The translations under genes were made by a program, and so were the position numbers. A stretch of DNA of 64,000 bases, from the NCBI GenBank assembly GCA_007127335.1, contig SKZO01000010.1, positions 35,370 through 99,369 of the forward strand, in the 5' to 3' direction. The stretch is from Spirochaetales bacterium (GTDB lineage: Bacteria; Spirochaetota; Spirochaetia; DSM-27196; SLST01). The notes under the pieces are model-generated. The model was not told where the DNA came from. It ran no database searches and saw only the letters and a program-made list of their open reading frames with translations. Positions 26,899-33,960 of the stretch are shown here, piece by piece. How positions within the stretch are numbered: position 1 is the first letter of the stretch; each line of letters opens with the position of its first letter.

Positions 26899-27911
26899 GC
26901 CCCCCTGATCGCGGAGATGAACTGCATTCCGAACTCGTCCTTGCCGAGCAGGACGTCTCGGGCAAGCTGGTTCACCTCCTTCGAGAAATCGATCCCCGCG
27001 AGCACCTCATCGTTGATCTGCATTGGATCGACGATGCCTCCATCACAGCCCGCTTCCTGACACAGCCTGGCAAAGACACGGTTGAGCACGCTTCGCTTGG
27101 GAAAGCCATGGGAGACATTGGAGAGCCCTGGCGCGAAGTGCACTTCGTCTCCGTACTTCTCACGGAGCGTTCTGATGGTCTCGATGACACACGGGCCGTT
27201 CTGGACGTCGACAGAGACCGGGAAGACGAGTGGGTCGAGGAAGGTGTCCGAAAGCGAGATGCCGGCCTCCTGCAGCTTCGGCACGAGCTCGTAGATGTTC
27301 TCGAGGCGCTCTTCCCTGGTCTGGGGCATGCTCGTCGCGCCCATCGCGCTTGCGATGACGCATGCCTTCGCCTTTGCCGCAATGGGGACGAAGGCGACGC
27401 GCTCGAGCGACACGGAGTTCACCAGCGGCTTCCCCTTTGACGGGTCGCACGCGGCGAGTCCGGTCTCGAGGATCTCCGGATCCGAGGAATCAATGCTCAG
27501 CGGGATGGATGTAGCCGATTGAACGACCTGTGCCGCCCACTCGATCGCCCGTTTCTTCTCGTCCTGATCGACGCTGAACTCGTCCACGTTGATGTCGAGA
27601 AACCAGGCGCCGGAGGCCTCCTGTTCGCGCGCCATCGCCTGCACGTAGCGCCGGCCGGCTTCCTTCTCGTCGTTCGATCCGTAGAGACCCTGCTGAACCG
27701 CCACGGCGACGTGACGCACCTTGCCGTCCTGGAAATCCTGTCCCTCAGCGACTTCGGCCGGGATGGGCAGATACTGCTTCTTGCCGTCTTCCCTGAACAC
27801 GAGGGCGGATCTCCCGTCATCGAGCTGCTCGACGTACTTGCCCTTCGTCAGACGTACGCGTGTGCAATGGATGTTTTCTCCGACAATGATAAACGAACCC
27901 TTCGACGCCAT
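26895..27911 (-). CDS. pterin-binding methyltransferase, methyl-THF:corrinoid methyltransferase (AcsE/MeTr) family
   Basis: It is collinear with MeTr landmarks: VGENIH, FLDINV, SIDSS...ETGL, VNSVS, LDPLVFP, GLSNVSHG...R..LNR.F and GCDGGIVDP. GGAGG lies 5 nt upstream of ATG 27911. Confidence 0.8.
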   Translation of the reverse strand: MASKGSFIIVGENIHCTRVRLTKGKYVEQLDDGRSALVFREDGKKQYLPIPAEVAEGQDFQDGKVRHVAVAVQQGLYGSNDEKEAGRRYVQAMAREQEASGAWFLDINVDEFSVDQDEKKRAIEWAAQVVQSATSIPLSIDSSDPEILETGLAACDPSKGKPLVNSVSLERVAFVPIAAKAKACVIASAMGATSMPQTREERLENIYELVPKLQEAGISLSDTFLDPLVFPVSVDVQNGPCVIETIRTLREKYGDEVHFAPGLSNVSHGFPKRSVLNRVFARLCQEAGCDGGIVDPMQINDEVLAGIDFSKEVNQLARDVLLGKDEFGMQFISAIRGA

Positions 27912-27965
27912 AGGAACCTCCGGCTGGTGTATCCGCTCATACTACGGCGAACGCGACGGTACGTC

Positions 27966-27978
27966 TTGAATTATTCAA
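27966..27978. promoter_or_regulatory. perfect 6-1-6 palindrome TTGAAT-T-ATTCAA upstream of the C1 operon (candidate operator)
   Basis: It was read directly. It lies in the 100-bp AT-richer gap between the beta-helix gene stop (28012) and the MeTr start (27911). Confidence 0.3.
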
Positions 27979-28011
27979 CGAAGGATAAAAGAATTGTGCG
28001 ACGTCACCGAC

Positions 28012-30147
28012 TCAGGTTCTCGTTCCCCAGGCCGCGATCGGACGAAAACCAAGCCGCAGCGCCGGGGAGTTCTCGCCCACACGAAAATCCCCGGCCTCCG
28101 CATCACGGAAGAGTGGATCGGCCACGATCGACCGTCCGCCCTTGCCGATCTTCGCCAGCTCCGCGAGCGCAGCGTGCGCGGCATCCGGCTCGTCGACATC
28201 CCACAGGAGGTTGTCGTCCATGGAAACCTCCCGAAGGAAGCCGATCGGGTCGTCAAGCACCCAGAAGGGCTCCTTCTGCGGCCGCGGCGAGCGGACGAGG
28301 ATGTTGCGTCTCATTCCGGTCCCGTAACACGGGCCACGATGGCGTGCGCAGAGGTAGCCGTACTGTCGCGGACCGTAGCAGTCGACGATGATGTTGTTCT
28401 CGATCTGGTTGATGTTCTTGGTCAGGATCCCGGCGCCGCAGATACGATGAACGACGTTCTCCGCGACCAGATTGTGGAACTGCTCGTCGTCAAGCCTGAT
28501 CCCGGAAACCGTGCCCTCTCCCGAGATGTCGTGGACGTAGTTTCGTGCGATGACGTTCCCCACGCCCGCGCCGGAGACGTAAATGCCGTTGCCGTCTCCG
28601 AGCAACTCCATCGCGTCGTGCACTTCGTTGTGTTCGATCGTGTTGTACCGCGCGTGCCGGAAACCGAGCAGGACCGGTTGCTCGAGCGGCGCGTCGCTCA
28701 GCTCCTCGCGGCGGACGGTACGCGCCCCTTCGCGCACTCGGTGACCGCCGGGGTCCAGCACCGACCGCCTTGGCCCGCTGACGACGATCGCGCAGTACGG
28801 CGTGTGGTGGATGAGGTTGTCACAGATTACGTTGTGGCCGCTCTGACAGACGAAGATGCCGGCCGCGTGCCACCAGAGCCGTCCGACGTGATGGATGTGG
28901 TTCGACGCAACACGATTGTGGTGATTCTCGTCGCGCGTTCCGGGTCCGTACCCGATCAGCGAGACGCCGACTCCGCCTATGCCGGAGATCTCATTCGCGA
29001 CGATCTCGTTGTCCACGGCGTGCAGGTCGAGCCGAATGCCCGAGCCCCCCGAGTCGACGAGCCTGCAGTTCGCGACTCGAACTCCCCGAGACCCCCGCAA
29101 TCTCACGAGGGCACTCGCGGAGTCCTCCTCCTCCCAGTCGTGTTGCACCGACCGACGCCCCGCACCAAACTGATAGCGATCGCCGTGCATGAGTGTGAGA
29201 CCGTCGATCACGATATCACGCACGGGCTCGCCCCGCTCGAGATCCCCTTCGAACCGGAGCATCTCGGTCAGCACCGGCGCAACCACGTCGGTCGGCGGCG
29301 TCCGTCCGTCGTTGCTGCGGGGCCAGAGGTAGACGCTTCCGCTCTCCGTGTCGCTGACCCAGCGTCCGGGAGCATCGAGGTAGTCACAGACATTCTCAAT
29401 GCGGTAGAACCGTTTGATGTGTGCAGGCCCGTACGCCGTGGTTATCGGGTATGTCGCGGGGAGCGTCGTTCTCGCGACGCGCCTGTCCTCATCCACGGAC
29501 TCCAGCCCCAGGTAGTTCACCGTCCAGGGGTTGCGCGGCGTGAGAAACAGCTCGACATCCGGCATGGTGCGCCACCGTCGGATCTCGCCCTCGCGGTATC
29601 TCAGCTCCCGGTAGACCGGATGAGCATCCAGGTACGTCGTCGGTTCCTCACCCGGCGGAATATCGGGGGCCACCGGCTCGGTATCCTCCCTCGCGCTCTG
29701 GAATCGAGGCGAATGGGCACGCTCGAGCAGCCCCTCACCGTCGAACAGCGCCTTGATCCCGACAGGTCGGCCCTGGCGTCGGGGCAGTGAGGCCACCCAC
29801 ACGTGCCCGAGTGCGTTCGCGGGCATACCTTCCGGCATGTCGGCTGCCGTAACGAGCCTCCATCCGGACAGCGGAACCCCTCCCGAGAGAACCGGCGTTT
29901 CGCCGGGGTATGCCGCATATCGTATTCTGCGCCCCGGTGCCGGGGAATCGTCCGGGCCCCAGACGATCGCGGTCTCCACGCGATAGACGCCTCCGCGAAG
30001 GTATACGGTGAGGCTTCCGTCGTAGCCGCCGGCCCGCAGCCGGCGTGCGGCTTGCCGGGCAGCGTCGAGCCCCGGTAGCGGGTCGGCCGCGTCCCCCGTA
30101 CCGTTCGCTCGTCCGGCGGGCGAGACGTAGAGTGTCAGCGACTTCAT
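28012..30147 (-). CDS. right-handed parallel beta-helix repeat protein (pectate-lyase fold; glycan-active enzyme candidate)
   Basis: The start is refined to ATG 30147 (MKSLTLYVSP), with GAAGGGG upstream. It contains repeated beta-helix turns such as NHIHHVGRLWWHAAGIFV, GHNVICDNLIHH, GNVIARNYVHDISGEG and NLVAENVVHRICGAGIL. No obvious signal peptide is present. Confidence 0.75.
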   Translation of the reverse strand: MKSLTLYVSPAGRANGTGDAADPLPGLDAARQAARRLRAGGYDGSLTVYLRGGVYRVETAIVWGPDDSPAPGRRIRYAAYPGETPVLSGGVPLSGWRLVTAADMPEGMPANALGHVWVASLPRRQGRPVGIKALFDGEGLLERAHSPRFQSAREDTEPVAPDIPPGEEPTTYLDAHPVYRELRYREGEIRRWRTMPDVELFLTPRNPWTVNYLGLESVDEDRRVARTTLPATYPITTAYGPAHIKRFYRIENVCDYLDAPGRWVSDTESGSVYLWPRSNDGRTPPTDVVAPVLTEMLRFEGDLERGEPVRDIVIDGLTLMHGDRYQFGAGRRSVQHDWEEEDSASALVRLRGSRGVRVANCRLVDSGGSGIRLDLHAVDNEIVANEISGIGGVGVSLIGYGPGTRDENHHNRVASNHIHHVGRLWWHAAGIFVCQSGHNVICDNLIHHTPYCAIVVSGPRRSVLDPGGHRVREGARTVRREELSDAPLEQPVLLGFRHARYNTIEHNEVHDAMELLGDGNGIYVSGAGVGNVIARNYVHDISGEGTVSGIRLDDEQFHNLVAENVVHRICGAGILTKNINQIENNIIVDCYGPRQYGYLCARHRGPCYGTGMRRNILVRSPRPQKEPFWVLDDPIGFLREVSMDDNLLWDVDEPDAAHAALAELAKIGKGGRSIVADPLFRDAEAGDFRVGENSPALRLGFRPIAAWGTRT

Positions 30148-30227
30148 AGACGCCCCTTCGTCCGGGATACTACCCCCCGTGGGGTAATCCTTCAACCATA
30201 ACGTCCGCCGCGCCGTCCGCCGCGCCC

Positions 30228-30256
30228 TTGCCGTGGGGACGGACGCTCCCTATATT
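30228..30256 (+). promoter_or_regulatory. sigma70-type promoter; predicted leaderless transcript for the DUF1893 gene
   Basis: It reads TTGCCG (30228-30233), a 17-nt spacer, then TATATT (30251-30256). ATG 30263 begins 7 nt after the -10 element, with no SD sequence in between. Confidence 0.45.
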
Positions 30257-30262
30257 GCCGGA

Positions 30263-30646
30263 ATGGCGACACTCATTGCCTACCGTGACGGCATCGAGTT
30301 CTACCGCAGCGAGCGAGCCTGGCTCTATCCACTGCTCGATCTCGAGGCCGCGCTCACCGCCGGTCGGGCCGGCGGACCGGCGAGCGGCCGGCTGACGACC
30401 TACGACAAGATCGTTGGTCGCGCCGGTGCGCTTCTCTCCGCCCGCCTCGGGGTCGAGGCAATTGAGGCCGAAGTCGTGAGCAGGCGCGCCCTGGACGTGC
30501 TGTGGTCCCGCGGCATCGAGATCAAGGCGGCGCTGACGGTCGACCAGATCGATTGCGCAACCGAGGAGCTTCTTGCACGGGTCGATGATCCGGACGAGGC
30601 GCACCGGATGATCCTCCGTCGAATCGAAGAGCGTCGCCGCGCCTGA
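30263..30646 (+). CDS. DUF1893 (TM1506-like) domain protein
   Basis: The pattern LYPLLDLE....YDKIVGRAGALL...LGV..I.A.VVS..A...L...GI......VD.I.C..E matches my memory of the DUF1893 family. The start is set at ATG 30263 because the promoter lies inside the longer GTG-30233 ORF. Confidence 0.6.
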   Translation: MATLIAYRDGIEFYRSERAWLYPLLDLEAALTAGRAGGPASGRLTTYDKIVGRAGALLSARLGVEAIEAEVVSRRALDVLWSRGIEIKAALTVDQIDCATEELLARVDDPDEAHRMILRRIEERRRA

Positions 30647-30648
30647 CC

Positions 30649-31635
30649 TCATCCTGAGACGGACGGGATCTCCGCGCTCATACCGGTTCGTGCGCTGCGG
30701 TACGCGCCATCGATTGCGCGCATAACCGGAAGGGCGTCGGCCACGGTGCAACGATGGGGCGGACCGCCCTCTACCCAGTCCCGGAATCCAGCGACCGACG
30801 CCACGTACGGGTGGAGCTGCGTCAGGACGATGCTCCGTCCTACCCGCACCCGGTACGCCCGAAGCCGCGCACGCTGCGGCCCGTGATAGATGAGTGACCC
30901 GGAACTCCCGTACATCGCGATCGAAACCTGCGCGCCCGGGCGGCTCACCATCGACGACGTGATGAACACCGGCGCGCCTGACCCCGTCTCGACGATCGCA
31001 GAGGCGAGGTCCTCGGTTTCGCTCGATGTGTGAAGACGGTGGAATACCCGTGCGGTTGCTCGTACCGGCGGCCCGCCCACGCAGAGCGCGATGTCGAGCC
31101 CATGGCTGCCCTGGGTGAGCAACGTTCCGCCGCCCGAACGCGCGGCCGAGGCATGCCACGCGGCCTCGCGGAAGTAGTCGGCGGATCGGTACCAGGGAAC
31201 GATGACCTGGGCGTAGAGCAGGGATCCCACCCGGTCTGCCGCGCCGAGCATCCGGGCGATCAACGGATCGTACCTGTACTGATAGTTCACCGCGATCTTC
31301 GCTCCCGCCGGCTGCTCGTCGGCGAGCCGTTCGCTGTCGGCCAGGGACGCGGCAACGGGCTTCTCGAGGAGGACACCCATACCGCGATCCGCGAAGGCAA
31401 GCGCGATCCCACGGTGCAGATCGTGCGGAACCGCGACATACACCGCGTCAACGTTTCCCGCATTGAGCACCTCGCGCCAGTCGCCATAGCCCGCCGCGCC
31501 GTGCGCGCGCGCGAAACGATCCCGCCGACGCGCATCGGGGTCTGCTGCCGCGACGATTCGGCAGCGTCGCACGAAGCGCGACGCCAATCCGACTGCACGC
31601 GCGGCGTCTCCGCACCCCACGACGGCGAGTCTCAC
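30649..31635 (-). CDS. Gfo/Idh/MocA-family NAD(P)-dependent oxidoreductase (ThuB-like)
   Basis: It has an N-terminal Rossmann segment MRLAVVGCGDAAR and a VLLEKPVA motif. GTG 31635 overlaps the ThuA-like stop (GTGA). Confidence 0.85.
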   Translation of the reverse strand: MRLAVVGCGDAARAVGLASRFVRRCRIVAAADPDARRRDRFARAHGAAGYGDWREVLNAGNVDAVYVAVPHDLHRGIALAFADRGMGVLLEKPVAASLADSERLADEQPAGAKIAVNYQYRYDPLIARMLGAADRVGSLLYAQVIVPWYRSADYFREAAWHASAARSGGGTLLTQGSHGLDIALCVGGPPVRATARVFHRLHTSSETEDLASAIVETGSGAPVFITSSMVSRPGAQVSIAMYGSSGSLIYHGPQRARLRAYRVRVGRSIVLTQLHPYVASVAGFRDWVEGGPPHRCTVADALPVMRAIDGAYRSARTGMSAEIPSVSG

Positions 31636-32306
31636 GGCGAGGTCTCCCCCCGGAGCAGCCAGTCCAGAACCGCAAACACGATATCCGTCATCTGCCGAGA
31701 GCGCCAGACCGCGGCGCGATGCCCGGTGGTCACGCAGGCAACCCTGCCCTCGCCGTACCCCCGGGTCCAGACGGCCGGGGGGCCTTCTCGCGACGAACGG
31801 GCGTCATGCCACCGGTACCAGACGTCGGTCTCGCCAGTGAAATCGTGCTCGTACATTTCGTCGGTCAGGCACACGGACTCGGGAAGCACGGGGTGCCGCG
31901 AGGAACCTTCGGGGTCGAGACGAATCTCCCGGCGAGAGACTCGCCGGTGGCCGGCAAAGGAGGCACCAAGGAGGTCGCGATAGGCTCGATCACCCTTGAA
32001 CGAAGCGCCTGCTCCGTGTATAGCGAGCAGTGCGCCGCCCTCCCCGACATAACGACAGAGAGCCGCGACCGCTGAAGGCTCGACCCGAGGGTGATGGACG
32101 TAGAGGCCCAGGATACGCGGGCGGTCCTCACAGATCCGTGCGAGCCGATGCATGCGGAGACCGGGCGAACGACGGACAGTCCGCCGAGGCGGCGCCCCCG
32201 CCCGGTCTGCCCCCCTGCGGAACGCCCGAAATGCCCGTCGCTGCGCCGGACGCGAGGGATGCACGACACCGGAGCTCACAAACACCAGCGCAGGCCTGAG
32301 ATCCAT
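31632..32306 (-). CDS. ThuA-like (trehalose-utilisation, class I glutamine-amidotransferase-like fold) protein
   Basis: It has ALVFVSSGVVH at the N-terminus, GGALLAIHGAG and E.YEHDF, and pairs with a Gfo/Idh/MocA gene as in thuAB. The assignment is by pattern. Confidence 0.65.
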   Translation of the reverse strand: MDLRPALVFVSSGVVHPSRPAQRRAFRAFRRGADRAGAPPRRTVRRSPGLRMHRLARICEDRPRILGLYVHHPRVEPSAVAALCRYVGEGGALLAIHGAGASFKGDRAYRDLLGASFAGHRRVSRREIRLDPEGSSRHPVLPESVCLTDEMYEHDFTGETDVWYRWHDARSSREGPPAVWTRGYGEGRVACVTTGHRAAVWRSRQMTDIVFAVLDWLLRGETSP

Positions 32307-32382
32307 GACCCGGAGTATGGGTCATCGGCCACTTGTGAGCAAGTGCGCTCAGGGGTACTATGATGAGGTACATGGAGGCACC

Positions 32383-33951
32383 GTGAACCGGGAGCGTTCC
32401 GAAGTGCTTGACGAGCTCGCGCGGGCAAGCGCCCTGCTGTCCAACGAGGTCAGCTCCTCGCGACTCGTCTCAATCCTCGTGGAGCAGTCGATCGACATCA
32501 CACGCTCGGATCTCGCCGCGCTCTACCTCTGCGGCGAGCACGGCGCGGCGGCAGACCTCGAGCTCGCGTACCGCCGCGGCCGCGGCACGCCACGACCTCG
32601 GCTGGAAGCAGGGTCCGAGCTCGTGCGCTTCATCGCCGAATGCGGCGAAGCAGTCGTCCTGCTCTGCCGCAAGCCGAGTCCCTTCTCGGACCTCCTCCTC
32701 GACTCCGAGACACAGAGCGGGATTGCCCTGCCGGTATCTACGGCGACGCGGCACCTGGGCGTTCTCGTACTGAACTCGCGTGCGCCTCGTCACTACAATC
32801 GTGATCGGTTCGCATTTCTCGACGGCTTCGTGGGCGTCGCCGCCGGAATGCTCAATACCTCCCGTCTCTACCGCGAGCTGCAGGCGCACGCACGGACGAT
32901 CGAGGAGCTCGAGCGGTATCAGGCGAGTGTGTTCGAGTCGATGACCAATCTCCTTGTGACGACCGACGAGACGGGTCGGATCCACTACTTCAACCGTGCC
33001 GCGGCGCAGCGACTGCGCCTCGACGAAGCACGGCTCGGCGAGCCGTTCCGGGAGGTGTTCTCAGCCGGGCTGACGAAGAAGGTTCTCACTGAGATCGACC
33101 GCGTAGCGGCCGACGGCGAGCCGCTCATTGGTCTCGAAGGGATATATAAGACCACGAGTGACGAGATGGACTTCGGGCTCAACGTGACGCCACTGCTCGG
33201 GAAGCGCGGGCGCCACGAGGGGCTCACACTCCTGTTCACCGACCAGACCTCCGAGGCCCAGCTTCGCGAGCAGATGCAGCTCGTCAGCGAGGAACGCCGC
33301 CGCATCAAGGACATGTTCTCCGCCTATCTCTCCGAGGACATCGTGGGCATGCTCGTCGAGCATCCGGAGCTCGTGAGACCGGGAGGCGGTTCGCGCCTGG
33401 CGACGGTGTTCTTTGCCGACATCGCCGGATACACGAGCTTCTCTGAAGGGCGAACTCCGGAGTTCATCGTGGGCGTGCTCAATGAGTTCTTCGAGGAGGC
33501 CGAGCCGGTGGTTCGCAGATACCGAGGCTACCTCGACAAGTACATAGGCGACTGCATCATGGCCGTTTTCGGTGTACCGCTCGAAGAGGGACCCGAGGAC
33601 ACCGTCCGGGCGGTCTCCTGCGCGCTCGAGCTGCAGGCGCTGGTGGATAATCCAAAGAGAAGGTTCTTCACCGGCGAAGCGAAAGACCTGAGGATCCAGA
33701 TCGGCATGCACAGCGGACCTGTGGTTGCCGGCAACCTTGGCGGGTCGAGGCGGATGGATTTCACCGAGATCGGCGACACCGTGAACGTCGCCGCCCGCCT
33801 CGAGGGCATCGCCAGGCCCGGCGAGATCATCATCTCCGGCGAGACCCGCGAGCAGATTGGCGAGCGGTTTCGCCTGGAGAAACGCAGACCGGCCACGCTG
33901 AAGGGGAAGGCACGACCAGTTCCCATCTTCAACGTCATTGGGACGGCATAG
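32383..33951 (+). CDS. class III adenylate cyclase with N-terminal GAF and PAS domains
   Basis: The start is refined to GTG 32383, with GGAGG at 32374-32378; the longer ORF would overlap the divergent ThuA-like gene. The cyclase core is ATVFFADIAGYTSF...YLDKYIGDCIMAVFG...IGMHSGPVVAGNLG...DFTEIGDTVNVAARLE. Both metal-binding Asp residues and the Lys are present. Confidence 0.85.
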   Translation: MNRERSEVLDELARASALLSNEVSSSRLVSILVEQSIDITRSDLAALYLCGEHGAAADLELAYRRGRGTPRPRLEAGSELVRFIAECGEAVVLLCRKPSPFSDLLLDSETQSGIALPVSTATRHLGVLVLNSRAPRHYNRDRFAFLDGFVGVAAGMLNTSRLYRELQAHARTIEELERYQASVFESMTNLLVTTDETGRIHYFNRAAAQRLRLDEARLGEPFREVFSAGLTKKVLTEIDRVAADGEPLIGLEGIYKTTSDEMDFGLNVTPLLGKRGRHEGLTLLFTDQTSEAQLREQMQLVSEERRRIKDMFSAYLSEDIVGMLVEHPELVRPGGGSRLATVFFADIAGYTSFSEGRTPEFIVGVLNEFFEEAEPVVRRYRGYLDKYIGDCIMAVFGVPLEEGPEDTVRAVSCALELQALVDNPKRRFFTGEAKDLRIQIGMHSGPVVAGNLGGSRRMDFTEIGDTVNVAARLEGIARPGEIIISGETREQIGERFRLEKRRPATLKGKARPVPIFNVIGTA

Positions 33952-33960
33952 GAGGAACCG

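Noticed and set aside
23958-27060. Plus-strand ORFs 23958..25220 (420 aa) and 25885..27060 (391 aa).
   Set aside because: They are antisense to fhs, folD and the MeTr gene, all of which have textbook sequences on the minus strand.
27994-29790. A 598-aa plus-strand ORF.
   Set aside because: It is antisense to the beta-helix gene, and only the minus-strand frame shows the periodic beta-helix turns (N..I..N.I.H). The plus-strand product is Arg/Asp/Val-rich with no motifs.
32152-32382. The longer N-terminus of the cyclase ORF (starts at 32152 or 32305).
   Set aside because: It would overlap the divergently transcribed ThuA-like gene's 5' end. This part of the translation is Arg/Pro-rich. GTG 32383 has a GGAGG upstream and leaves a normal 76-bp divergent promoter gap.
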